The position numbers were made by a program, and so were the translations under genes. This document shows positions 29,288-40,000 of a stretch of DNA of 64,000 bases, piece by piece. The stretch comes from Candidatus Moraniibacteriota bacterium (GTDB lineage Bacteria > Patescibacteriota > Minisyncoccia > Moranbacterales > GCA-2747515). Below the pieces are notes generated by a model. It saw only the letters and a program-made list of their open reading frames with translations. It did not search any database and was not told where the DNA came from. Each line of letters opens with the position of its first letter. Within the stretch, counting starts at the first letter, position 1. The DNA lies in NCBI GenBank assembly GCA_016699795.1, contig CP065011.1, forward strand, positions 482,474 to 546,473. Direction: 5' to 3'.

Positions 29288-31498
29288 ATGAAACAAATAC
29301 AAAATAAAAAAAGTTATTTCATTTTCTTTTCCACCTTCCTTTTCTTACTAGTTATTTTTCTTCCTACAATACTTTACGCTGCGCCAGGAGAGCCTAGTCT
29401 TGTAGATAAAGTTTTCAGCCCTATTATTAGCCTTTTACTCGGTATTCTTTGGTTAATAACTTCTCTTATTAATGTCGCGGCTGTTTTATTTGGCTATGTT
29501 GTTGATGCTAAAAGCTTTTCAACTATAATGAATAATCCAGCTATAAAGACTTCATGGATTGTTGTTCGTGATGTCCTTAATATCGCATTTATTCTTGTTC
29601 TTCTTTTTAGTGCTTTCGCTACTATATTTCAAATTGAAAAATTCCATGTAAAAAAAATCCTTCTTACTCTTATCATCATGGCTCTTTTAGTAAATTTCAG
29701 CTATCCCATATCGAGATTTATTATCGATACCGCAAACATCCCCATGTATCATATCGCCACTGTTGTTTTTGGCGAGGGCGCTGATTGGATGGCTGTTCTA
29801 GCGGGAGAGTCTGGATTAGGGGATCTCTTCAAGCCTGCAGCAGAATTTGAAAATCAACAATATAAAGATCTTTTAGCTGCTATTCTTTTTTCATTCATTT
29901 TTCTCATAACTTTAATGGCTCTTTCTGTTTTATTCCTCATTCGATTGGTAGTTCTTATTATACTTGTCATCTTTTCTCCTCTCGGTTTCGTAGCGGCAAT
30001 TCTCCCTTCAACCAAAAATTATGCTGATGATTATTGGACTGCCTTAATGAAAAATGCATTTTTTGGTCCCATTATGATGCTCATGCTCGCTCTCAGTATT
30101 TTTATTCTCAAGGCATTCCAAAGCGCAAGTATTGAAGGATTTGCTTCAGGAAATGCAGCTTCTACTTCTGGTGAAACAGCTCTTGCTCAATGGGCATTTG
30201 CTTTTGTTCCTGTTGTCATTCTTTGGGGAGGTATAATTTGGTCCCAAAAACTTGGTGCTGTAGGGGCAAGTTTAGTTATGAGTAAAGTTGATAGTTATTC
30301 CAGAAAAAGTTGGGGTGGTGTAAAACCCATTCTCTGGGCGGGAGATCGTGTAACAGGGGGGCTTACTAAAGGGATAGATGGGGGATTACGTTTTTTAGGA
30401 TATAATCGAGCTGCTCGAGTCAATTCAGCCTACAATCAAGCGAAAGCAGTTCCATCAGCAGTAAAAAAAGTTTATTGGGATGATAAAGTAGCCGCGAGAA
30501 AACAAGAAGCAGAAGATGCTCGAAACCTTGTAACAGGAAGATTACCTCTTAGCGGAACAACTGTTCGAAATGCCCACGAAAGACTCGAACAACAACAAAT
30601 ACAAAGAAAAAAGAAAGAAAATGAAGAGAAAAATTATACCATGTCCAACTATCGCAATGATTTAGCTGAATCGAACGACAAAGTAACCCGAATCGCGGCT
30701 GCTCAAGGAATGGCTCAAAAAGGATTTACGAACATTCCAGACATACAGAGAGCGCTCCAAGCTAGTAGAGGAGATTTGGATACGCAACAGTTAATCTTAC
30801 AAAAAATTCCCAAAGAATTAGCGTCGCAAATCAATCCAGATCAAATTCGTGGCTTAAGTAATAACCTCACAAATATAAATACTCTCCAAGAAAATCAACC
30901 AGGTCTCTCAAATGCTGACGCGCAGGCGGAAATTGATACCCTTAGAAACACGTTCGATTCCAAACTAAGAGAGAACCTTAAAGTAAAAAATACAGATGCT
31001 CTCGTTCAAAGTTTGTCGAATATACAAGGAAATACTAGACTCTCTTCCCAAATTTTAAAAAATGCGGATGCTGGAGCATTAAGAAATCTTAATACACAAC
31101 AAACAATAGCTCTTAGAAATACGCTAACTGACAGAGCCCGCATTCAAACTATTAATCCCCATCTCGATGCAACAGAAGTTGATGCTGAAATTGAGGAAGT
31201 AACACGAAGTCTTAGAAATGCTTTACGGGATGCGGGAAGAATAGATCTCTATATCGATAGTGAACTTGATCCAGCATATGTTGGTACTCGCACAAGAGAG
31301 CAAATCGTCAATACAACAGTCAGGAGTATGGATAATAAATCTCTTGGAAGCCAAAATGAGGCGTTCTATAGAAGTCAGGCTGTTCAAAACAATTTTGCAA
31401 ATATGACGCTTAACAATCCTCAAAGATTTAATGATGTAATGACACATATGAGCAATGAAAATCTAAACCATCTGCAAAGTCCAACTCTTCTCCCTTAA
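29288..31498 (+). CDS. VirB6/TrbL/PrgH-like polytopic membrane protein with ~330-aa hydrophilic C-terminal domain
   Basis: 736 aa. Signal peptide then ~8 TM helices. Long polar repeat/coiled-coil C-terminus. Architecture and position in a locus with VirB3-like and VirB4 genes suggest a T4SS channel component. Confidence 0.45.
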   Translation: MKQIQNKKSYFIFFSTFLFLLVIFLPTILYAAPGEPSLVDKVFSPIISLLLGILWLITSLINVAAVLFGYVVDAKSFSTIMNNPAIKTSWIVVRDVLNIAFILVLLFSAFATIFQIEKFHVKKILLTLIIMALLVNFSYPISRFIIDTANIPMYHIATVVFGEGADWMAVLAGESGLGDLFKPAAEFENQQYKDLLAAILFSFIFLITLMALSVLFLIRLVVLIILVIFSPLGFVAAILPSTKNYADDYWTALMKNAFFGPIMMLMLALSIFILKAFQSASIEGFASGNAASTSGETALAQWAFAFVPVVILWGGIIWSQKLGAVGASLVMSKVDSYSRKSWGGVKPILWAGDRVTGGLTKGIDGGLRFLGYNRAARVNSAYNQAKAVPSAVKKVYWDDKVAARKQEAEDARNLVTGRLPLSGTTVRNAHERLEQQQIQRKKKENEEKNYTMSNYRNDLAESNDKVTRIAAAQGMAQKGFTNIPDIQRALQASRGDLDTQQLILQKIPKELASQINPDQIRGLSNNLTNINTLQENQPGLSNADAQAEIDTLRNTFDSKLRENLKVKNTDALVQSLSNIQGNTRLSSQILKNADAGALRNLNTQQTIALRNTLTDRARIQTINPHLDATEVDAEIEEVTRSLRNALRDAGRIDLYIDSELDPAYVGTRTREQIVNTTVRSMDNKSLGSQNEAFYRSQAVQNNFANMTLNNPQRFNDVMTHMSNENLNHLQSPTLLP

Positions 31499-31503
31499 AT
31501 TGT

Positions 31504-32598
31504 ATGCCAAAACAAAAATATCCTTTTTTCTTTTATCCCATGCTTCTCGATAATGAAAAAAATCAAGGCTTTTCAAAAACATTTATCGACCATTGGATGC
31601 GCCAAAAAAAACTCCCCGAAAAAAGGGGTCTTGTTCTTGTTCACAGTAAAACAACCGAATGGATAGCAGAAATTTCAAAAAAATATAATTTTTCCGAAAA
31701 TCAGACAACAAGTCTTTCTCGTATTATTCGTGATTTTGGACTTAATGATATTAAGGAAAATGAAATTCCTTTGCTTATACAAAAAAGTTTCTCTGCTTTT
31801 TCCGAGGAGCAAAAAAAGTTTCTTGAGAATTTTATTGTAAAACTCTTTCAAATAGAGCTTCCTGAAGATACTCTTTATCAAGAAGAAATACCTAAGGAAG
31901 AAAGTAAAGAAAATTCTCTCCCAAAAGAGAGCATACCACAATCTCCAAAACTCACTCTTTTAGAAGCTCTTATTAAGTACCCACGAATAGGTCAGCAACT
32001 CATTACCTCTCAAAACATTGTTATGCGAGGTGCTCAAGAACCTGTTCGTCCTTCCATAAAAAATTGGATTACTCTTTATCAACAAGAAATGGGACCTTCA
32101 CCTCATGAAACTTTTGAAAGGGGAAATTTTCTTTTTCAAAATCAAAATGCTACAAGATTATCCCCGAGAGAACGTGAGTTAATTCATGAAATCCTCAAAT
32201 CTCTCGATGAAAACAAACCCCTTCCTATAAATCAAATTACTCAAGAAATCCGTCTGGATGAGATAATGAGTTCCTCTCAAGGTTCTTTTTCTAAAGAAAA
32301 AACTTCTCCTTCCATACAAACAACTTCGAATCAAAAAAAGGATTTAACTATGAATTCAGGCACGCTATCCCTAAATTCTTCTTCTACAAAAAAAGATAAT
32401 TTGGAGTATCGTTCGGAAGAAAAACCTTCTTATTCAAAACAAGACACTGCAATAGCATCAAATACTCAATCAACTTTTCAAGGATTGCGTATTGGCGGAG
32501 AAAATGATAATTTTTTTTCAAAAAAAACACTGGAAGATTCTCTTAATACTAAAAATATTAGTTTTTCCTCTGGTCAAAAATTCCCCGGAGAAGAATAA
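31504..32598 (+). CDS. hypothetical soluble protein within T4SS-like locus
   Basis: 364 aa with no TM. Ser/Thr/Gln-rich C-terminus. No motif recognised. Confidence 0.4.
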   Translation: MPKQKYPFFFYPMLLDNEKNQGFSKTFIDHWMRQKKLPEKRGLVLVHSKTTEWIAEISKKYNFSENQTTSLSRIIRDFGLNDIKENEIPLLIQKSFSAFSEEQKKFLENFIVKLFQIELPEDTLYQEEIPKEESKENSLPKESIPQSPKLTLLEALIKYPRIGQQLITSQNIVMRGAQEPVRPSIKNWITLYQQEMGPSPHETFERGNFLFQNQNATRLSPRERELIHEILKSLDENKPLPINQITQEIRLDEIMSSSQGSFSKEKTSPSIQTTSNQKKDLTMNSGTLSLNSSSTKKDNLEYRSEEKPSYSKQDTAIASNTQSTFQGLRIGGENDNFFSKKTLEDSLNTKNISFSSGQKFPGEE

Positions 32599-32683
32599 TT
32601 GATAAATTTTATTTTTTCTTATTTTTGTGTTACTCTCTAATACAGTAAGGTATTCTTTTTTTCAAAACAAAAATTATTAGAGT

Positions 32684-33163
32684 ATGATGCGATTTCCTGT
32701 TCCACAATTTATCGGAGTTGAAGATAAGATTGCAGGACCCCTCACATGGAAGCAACTTTATTGGATGATTGCTATGGGAGTATTTCTTCTCCTTCTATGG
32801 AAAGCTTTTTCCCTTATTGTTTTCATCCCTCTTGGTGGACTTGTTGTGAGTATTTTTACAGCATTTGCTTTCTATAAACCATGGGGTCAACCCCTTTCTA
32901 AAATGGTATGGCATGCTATGATATTTCTATTTCGACCCAAAACATATACCTGGCAACAAACACCCACTGCTGCAAAGATCATCGGGGGGGACATTGCCAT
33001 TCCGATAGCTCCAAAAAAAGAAGATCCTAAAAAAACATTACAACGAATACAAGATTATTCAGAAGTTCTTGATAATCCTACAAAGAAAACTTTTTCAGAT
33101 TCAATGGTGACTCCGAAATCAAAACGTGATATACTTTCAATATTCTCAAAAAAAGAAAAATAA
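32684..33163 (+). CDS. VirB3/PrgI-like small two-TM protein
   Basis: 159 aa with two adjacent hydrophobic helices (WMIAMGVFLLLLWKAFSLIVFIPLGGLVVSIFTAFAF). Sits directly upstream of virB4, the conserved virB3-virB4 order. Confidence 0.35.
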   Translation: MMRFPVPQFIGVEDKIAGPLTWKQLYWMIAMGVFLLLLWKAFSLIVFIPLGGLVVSIFTAFAFYKPWGQPLSKMVWHAMIFLFRPKTYTWQQTPTAAKIIGGDIAIPIAPKKEDPKKTLQRIQDYSEVLDNPTKKTFSDSMVTPKSKRDILSIFSKKEK

Positions 33164-33166
33164 CCT

Positions 33167-33874
33167 ATGTCAACAGAAAACCTACATCAGCCAAATCTTT
33201 CTCCAAAAAAACAAGGACCTAGTACTTTAGAGTATGTAGACGTTCAGGAAATTCATGATGGCATTGTAATACTCAGAGATGGCTCTTTTCGAGCTATTTT
33301 AGCTGTTTCTTCTCTTAATTTTGATCTCAAGTCTAGTGATGAACAAGATGCTATTATTTTTCGTTATCAGCAGTTTCTTAACTCTCTTGACTTTCCTCTT
33401 CAGTCCACTATTCATTCTCGAAGAATAAATATCGCACCTTATCTCGAAATGCTCAAAATTCGTGAAGCTGAACAAACAGATGAGCTTATGCGTATGCAAA
33501 TTTATGAATACCGTAATTTTATTAAGAATCTCACAGAAGTTCAAAATATCATGACAAAGTCTTTCTTTGTTGTTGTACCGTTTTTTCCTGTTGAAAAAAC
33601 AAAAAAAGGTATCTTTTCGGAACTTTTTCAAATGTTCAATCAAGATCTTGTTATCAAACACAAACTTGAAAAATTTGAAACTTACAAAAGCCAGCTCTTG
33701 CAAAGAGTTGATCATGTTGTTGCTGGTCTTTCTGGAATGGGGCTACGACTCGCGCTTCTAACCACAGAAGAAACCGTAGAACTTCTTTATAATTCATACA
33801 ATCCATCTCTCTTTAGTATGAATATTATTAATGACATCGAAAGTATGGAAACTCAAAATAGAATAACTCGATAA
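33167..33874 (+). CDS. VirB4 ATPase, N-terminal domain (separate ORF)
   Basis: 235 aa. LEYVDVQEIHDGIVILRDGSFRAILAVSSLNFDLKSSDEQDAIIFRYQQFLNSLDFPLQ matches the N-terminal region of Gram-positive VirB4/TcpF/Orf16-type ATPases. Ends with TAA 2 nt before the next ATG, in a different frame. Confidence 0.6.
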   Translation: MSTENLHQPNLSPKKQGPSTLEYVDVQEIHDGIVILRDGSFRAILAVSSLNFDLKSSDEQDAIIFRYQQFLNSLDFPLQSTIHSRRINIAPYLEMLKIREAEQTDELMRMQIYEYRNFIKNLTEVQNIMTKSFFVVVPFFPVEKTKKGIFSELFQMFNQDLVIKHKLEKFETYKSQLLQRVDHVVAGLSGMGLRLALLTTEETVELLYNSYNPSLFSMNIINDIESMETQNRITR

Positions 33875-33876
33875 AC

Positions 33877-35682
33877 ATGGACAATACTACAACAGAAAAA
33901 AAAGATTATCAGAAAGAAGACGAGCTCTATCAACAAGGAATGTCTTCTGTTCGAGGTTTTATAGCTCCTGCTGCTATGAAAATTTCTTCATCTTTCTTGG
34001 AGATGGGGAGTATCTTTTCTCGCACACTCTTTGTTATGACTTATCCGAAATATCTTAATAACGGTTGGTTTTCTCCCATAATTAATATTGATTTTTCCAT
34101 GGATATTGCCATGTTTATGCATCCCATGGATTCTTCTATTGTTCTCAAAGATCTTCAAAAACAATCGGCTCGAATTTATTCTCAAATTCATCTAGAAGCG
34201 GAAGGTGGTAAAGTTCGTAATCCTATTCTAGAAGCAGCTTTAGAGAATGTTGAGCGTTTACGAGATGATCTTCAAACTGGTACTGAAAGATTTTTTCGAT
34301 TTGGTATGTATCTTACGCTTTACGCATCATCCTCACAAGAATTAAATGATATAACGAATCAAATAGAATCTATTTTAGAAGCTCAGATGGTCTATTCCAA
34401 ACCCGCAGTTTTACGAATGGATGAGGGATATTCTTCTACCATACCATTAGCTAATGATGAGCTTGATTTAGCAAATAATCTTAACACCTCTCCTGTATCA
34501 ACAACCTTTCCTTTTATCTCTTCAGAACTTTCTTCTAATGAAGGTATTCTTTATGGAATAAATCGTCATAATAATAGCCTCGTTCTCTTCGATCGTTTTC
34601 ACATGGAGAACGCGAATATGGTTATTTTTGCAAAATCAGGTGCTGGAAAAAGTTATACTGTCAAACTTGAGATTCTTCGATCTCTTATGTTCGGAACTAC
34701 TGTTCATATTATTGACCCAGAAAATGAATATCAACATCTTTGTGGGGCTGTTGGAGGAACCTATGTGCCCATTTCACTTAACTCCTCCTATCACATTAAT
34801 CCTCTTGATCTTCCTAAGGTTGAGCCCGGAAAAGATGATCCTGAAGGAATTTTCCGAAGTCATGTAGCCTCTATAATCGGACTTCTTCATCTTATGCTTG
34901 GTTCCATAACTCCGGAAGAAGATTCTTTACTCGACCGTTCGATACGAGAAGCTTATGCCATAAGAGATATCACTCCTCATTCTAATTTTTCTATACTCAC
35001 AAGAGAACAAATGCCCACTATGAGTGATGTTCAGAATGTTCTTTCTAATGTACAGGGTGCTCAATCCCTCGCTGCACGTCTAGAAAAATATACTGAGGGA
35101 ATCTTTTCTGGATTTCTTAATCAACATACTAATGTTGAAACGTATGGAATACTCACAACGTATAATATTCGAGATCTGGAAGAAGAACTTCGCCCCATCG
35201 CTATGTATGTTGTTTTACAGCATCTCTGGAATGAAATGCGTCATGAGCTCAAACGAAGACTTCTTGTTATCGATGAAGCTTGGGTTATGATGCAAAATGA
35301 TGATGCAGCTTCTTTTGTTTTTGGTATTGCTAAAAGATGTCGAAAATACTACACAGGATTGACTACTATAACACAAGATATTGCTGATTTTATGAGCTCC
35401 CGTTATGGAAAACCTATTGTCACAAACTCATCTATTCAATTTCTTCTTCGTCAATCACCTGCATCTATTGATGTTATTCAAGATACTTTTTATCTTACAG
35501 ATCAAGAAAAATTTCTCCTCCTTGAAAGTAATGTAGGGGAAGGAATTTTCTTTGCTGGCCTCAAACATGTTGCTATACGTGTCGTCGCTTCTTACTCAGA
35601 AGATCAAATTATCACCTCAAATCCTCAACAAATTCTAGAAATTGAACAGGCTAAATCTGATTTTGAAAAAAGTAATCTCTAA
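33877..35682 (+). CDS. VirB4/TrbE/CagE-family conjugation/T4SS ATPase, catalytic part
   Basis: 601 aa. Walker A IFAKSGAGKSYTV. Walker B RRLLVIDEAWVMMQ. ...YPKYLNNGWFSPIIN... block typical of VirB4. Confidence 0.85.
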   Translation: MDNTTTEKKDYQKEDELYQQGMSSVRGFIAPAAMKISSSFLEMGSIFSRTLFVMTYPKYLNNGWFSPIINIDFSMDIAMFMHPMDSSIVLKDLQKQSARIYSQIHLEAEGGKVRNPILEAALENVERLRDDLQTGTERFFRFGMYLTLYASSSQELNDITNQIESILEAQMVYSKPAVLRMDEGYSSTIPLANDELDLANNLNTSPVSTTFPFISSELSSNEGILYGINRHNNSLVLFDRFHMENANMVIFAKSGAGKSYTVKLEILRSLMFGTTVHIIDPENEYQHLCGAVGGTYVPISLNSSYHINPLDLPKVEPGKDDPEGIFRSHVASIIGLLHLMLGSITPEEDSLLDRSIREAYAIRDITPHSNFSILTREQMPTMSDVQNVLSNVQGAQSLAARLEKYTEGIFSGFLNQHTNVETYGILTTYNIRDLEEELRPIAMYVVLQHLWNEMRHELKRRLLVIDEAWVMMQNDDAASFVFGIAKRCRKYYTGLTTITQDIADFMSSRYGKPIVTNSSIQFLLRQSPASIDVIQDTFYLTDQEKFLLLESNVGEGIFFAGLKHVAIRVVASYSEDQIITSNPQQILEIEQAKSDFEKSNL

Positions 35683-35687
35683 ACTCT

Positions 35688-36311
35688 ATGGAAAATGATA
35701 ATTTCCAAAGAGAATTCGAATATCAGCAACAACTCCAAAATCTACAAATCAATCAAAGGATGCGCTCTCAAAAAATAAATGAGAATTTGCAAAGAGGTGA
35801 AAAAACCTTACGCAAAGGATCCAGGATTGTTACTGATTTTAAAGGAATTTCTAAATCAAATCTTCTCAACGTCGTTAAATTAGCGAGAGAACATAGAGAG
35901 GCTATTAAGTATGGGGATTTTTCTGTTTTTTTTCTTCCTTTTGTTCTCGCTCTAGGAAAAGACGTGCCTCTTGACATGCTTGGGAATATTCCTATCTTTG
36001 GGCAACTTATAACAGCTATTCCTAGTTTTGCTATAACATTGTATCTTTTTGTATTTCTTTTTGGACATGGCTTGTGGTGGCGTAAAAGACTTTTACGAGC
36101 ATTACTCAAAATTTTACTTTTTTTACTTGATTATCTTCCTTTTCTCAATTTTCTACCTTGGACAACTTTGGGTGTTTTTCTTATTTATCGCGATGCCAAA
36201 AAAGACAAACGTGTAGCGGAAGAAGCTGAAAGAAAATTATTAGAAGAAGATAAAAAACAAAGATTACAAAATCGAAGACGTTTAGCACAAGCACAAGATT
36301 CGTTTATTTAA
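35688..36311 (+). CDS. hypothetical membrane protein (3 TM) in T4SS-like locus
   Basis: 207 aa. Polar N-terminus, three hydrophobic helices and a basic/acidic coiled C-tail. Confidence 0.4.
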   Translation: MENDNFQREFEYQQQLQNLQINQRMRSQKINENLQRGEKTLRKGSRIVTDFKGISKSNLLNVVKLAREHREAIKYGDFSVFFLPFVLALGKDVPLDMLGNIPIFGQLITAIPSFAITLYLFVFLFGHGLWWRKRLLRALLKILLFLLDYLPFLNFLPWTTLGVFLIYRDAKKDKRVAEEAERKLLEEDKKQRLQNRRRLAQAQDSFI

Positions 36312-36328
36312 TTAATTATTACCTTTTT

Positions 36329-36994
36329 ATGATTATTAAAAAAGAAATATTTCGATTTCTCTTCATTATCTTCGTAGCCGTTCTTGCTATGTTTTTTACT
36401 TTCCGATTTACTTCTAATGGTATTTTTGAAGGAATTCTTATTTATTTTATGTTTTTCTTCCTCTTTCCCTTATTATTTATTCTTTTTGTTCTCAAAGAAA
36501 AACTCACAAACTTCGGTTTTAAAATGAATATTTCCAAAACATCTCTCATTTGGTTTTCTGGAATACTCTTTGGTGCGGTATTCTTTTTCTCTTTATTTTT
36601 ATGGTTTTTTAACAAAGAAACAGAATTTATGCCACCCTCTGTTTTGACAGCATCTTTTTGGCCATTTTTTCTCTATTTTTTCATTTTATTGGGAAGTATT
36701 TCTCTTTTTTATGAAATATTCTTTCGTGGTTTTATCGAGCTTGGAACAAAAAAAATTCTTGGCTATTGGTCAATCCTCTTTCAATGGCTTCTTTTCATTT
36801 CCTTTCTCTATTTTACGAAAGATCTTTTTTTTGAGAATGGTTTTTTTAATTGGTTAATTCTTTTAGATATAACTTCTGCACTCTCATCAGGATTACTTAT
36901 TTATAAAACGGGATCTCTTTTTTTATCATTTCTTTTTTCTTGGTTTTTTGGTATACTTATTTCACTGATTTCGATAATCATCTATACTCTTTAA
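36329..36994 (+). CDS. hypothetical polytopic membrane protein
   Basis: 221 aa with ~6 TM helices. Weak resemblance to CPBP motif 1 (YEIFFRG) but lacks the His motifs. Confidence 0.4.
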   Translation: MIIKKEIFRFLFIIFVAVLAMFFTFRFTSNGIFEGILIYFMFFFLFPLLFILFVLKEKLTNFGFKMNISKTSLIWFSGILFGAVFFFSLFLWFFNKETEFMPPSVLTASFWPFFLYFFILLGSISLFYEIFFRGFIELGTKKILGYWSILFQWLLFISFLYFTKDLFFENGFFNWLILLDITSALSSGLLIYKTGSLFLSFLFSWFFGILISLISIIIYTL

Positions 36995-37037
36995 TAGATT
37001 TGAAAATACAAAAATTATTATTTTTAGAAAAATAAAT

Positions 37038-40000
37038 ATGCGCACAAGAAAAATTTCACGAATATTTGCATTTTTTCTTTTGATCAGCCTTAATATTACT
37101 TATATTTCTCCCGTTTTTGCCCAATTTAGTGGTCTTATTGAGGAAGCTGCGAGTATTATTGAGAGACGTTATCATCTCAATCTTGGATCCATACAAAACC
37201 AGGGTGAGTATTTTAATGTTTCCGATCAGAAAAAACTTGCTCCCGAACTTATTATGAATTTCACCCCAACAGATCCGAAGCCTGGGCAAGAACTTACAGC
37301 GAAATCTTTTCCTATGTATTTCGAAAATAATAAAGAAGAATTATATTATACATGGTATCTACAAAAAGAAGGTTGTGATGATCTAGATTCTAAAAATAAT
37401 TTAGAAAAATGTGATGCCGATGGAGATGGTACGCTTACCATTGAAGATTGGAAGGTGGAAGCTTCCCGTATAATTGCTAATAGCGTTATTGAAAGAGATG
37501 AAATTAAATATGACAATGATGATGATAATGATGGATTTGCTTATGTCCATACTGGTAAAAAAGTAGCTGTCTATGGTGGGGCTGCTCGAAGGCAAATACT
37601 TGAACGATGTTATATTCTGGATCGAGAAACTGGAGAACAACATGAATTAATTAAAGGAAAGGCTCCAGATGGAACTCCCGGAAATAATCAAAATCCATTC
37701 GATTGTGATCTGACAACACATAACGTTCGTTGTCTCGATCGTGCTGCTACACCCTCTGGATGTAGTTTACCTACTTGTTTTTCACATCCTTCACCCTATT
37801 TTACAGCGTTAGCTCCTGATTGTCTCTCTGATAATAAAATTTCTTGTGTAAGAGGAAAACCCTATTGTATAGCAAAAATCTATACACTTGATGATGACCC
37901 CGCGACTTATTTAGAAAAAGAACAATGTCATGATGACTACCCTGACTTTTGTGGCTCTCTTTATATAGATGCTAAAGAGTTAACTTCTTGTGATAATGGA
38001 GGTAATAATGGAAGTACTTATGCGACAGCTGGCTGTAAACACCTTTTTCCCAATGCTAAAGGAAAAGAATTTATAACAAACAACAAACAGGGGACTTCAG
38101 TCAATGAAGTTACAGGGGATGGGGAATACGAATTACAAGAAGAAAAATTTTGGGTTACCGATCCTCATAACGATGATACCGCCAACACAGGAAATGGTGA
38201 TGAATCCAATATTGTTGGTATGGGCATAGACACTTTTACATGGAATTATCAATTAGGCGATAAGGTTGGTTTGGTTATCGAAGGAACTTCCCAAATTCCA
38301 ACTAAATATGATAATCATTCCAAAATGATTATGTGGGCTTTTTCTAAAAATGATTGTCCCGTAACAGGAAAGGGTGTTTATTATCCCCAGGTAAAAGACT
38401 ATGCCGTTAAAATCCATACTACTACAATGGATCTTGATAGTTGTCTTGAAAAAAATCTTATCGATCCTCGAGAAGGGGGTCAAAAAAATAATATCGATGT
38501 AAGCTTGGTATATTCTCCTGAAAAACCAATGAATAATTCTCGTGTTGTTGGTGGTGAAGATACTGCTCCAGATAAAGATGATAGCCTTGGTTTTGGCGAA
38601 ACACTTACGATTAATTCTTCTATTTCAAATTCAAAAAAAGACGAGTCTCATATTTCTTATACCTGGAAAGTTTTTATTAGCAAAGATGGGACTTTCGATC
38701 CTAGAAAATATGTAAGGGAATCGGATCCTATTAAAACGGGAGATGAATCTACCGCAGGATGGGTTGAAATAACAAAAGAGCTTGTAAAATATAAACTCGT
38801 CGATCTCGTTGAGGGAAATAATATTTCAGATTTAGATATATCTCTCAATATAACTGAAAAGCTTTTAAAAGAAGCTGATCCTTCTCTAACTATTGAAAAG
38901 GTTTTTCCTGATTCTTTAGGAAATATTGGACATTTGCGAGTACGTCTTTATGTAAAAGAAGAATTTGCACCCGATGTATCTGCTGATGGAGTTTCTACGA
39001 TTATAATACCCGTTAATAATAGCGGGAAGAGACTTACCTCCTCATTAGCATTTCTTGATGATATAAAACCTAAAACTTTCATTAATGAAGATCCTAAATC
39101 TACAGCTAATAATAAAAAAGTTCTTATCTGTGAAGATAAACTTACTCTTGCTTCTGGCATTTGTTATGTAACCAAAAATGAAGTTATCGCTGCTGAATTA
39201 GGAAAGTTGGAAAATGAAGATGCTACTGAAAAACTTACTAATTTCTCATGGGAGCTTGACGGGAAACCCCTTCTTTGTGATAAGAATGTTTCTAGAAAAT
39301 ATTGTGAGGATGACAAACAAACTCGATACAATTTTTTTGCTATCACAGGAAAACCAGGAGAGCGTCATTCTTTAACACTAACAGCATTAGAAGAAGTAAC
39401 TGGTCAAGTAAAAACATTTACACAAACCTATGAAGTTGTCGATCCTTTTATAGAAATAATCCCCTTTGATGATAATGTTTGGCCTAAATATCTTGGAGCT
39501 TATCGAGACGCTCAAGGTAAATATCATGAAGATATAAGCACTGAAGTTTTTCAAGGTTATTTTGGGGACTCTGCCTATCTACAGGCTGTATTTTTTCCTG
39601 ATTTCTTGAAAAAAAGAGCTCGAAAACAATGGCTCTGCTCATCAAATCTTTGCGATACTACTCACATGGAGATTGGCGCAAATGAACTTCCTACCGTTTA
39701 TTTCCCTATGATAGATCCTCCGGGACATACTTATAATGTATCTATGGAAGCGATTTATCAACAGAACAGGGAAGTACGAGAGGCTATGCAAAGAATATGG
39801 GGAATGCGTATATTTGAAACTACTGATTATTGGATAAAGAAGGCTGTTCGTATTGAAGTTCTTGAAAATAATGAAGAGGAAGATATAGCTCTTTTAACTC
39901 CAAAAACATTTTTTGCCTCTGTTCTTTCAAACACCCCTAAACATATTTGGTTTGCAACGCAAGCATTTTTAAGCATTCTCGTTTCTATATTCATATTAGG

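Noticed and set aside
36329-36994. CPBP (CAAX/Abi) intramembrane protease
   Set aside because: Only a weak EIFFRG-like motif 1. The FxxxH and HxxxN/D motifs are absent (no His in the C-terminal half).
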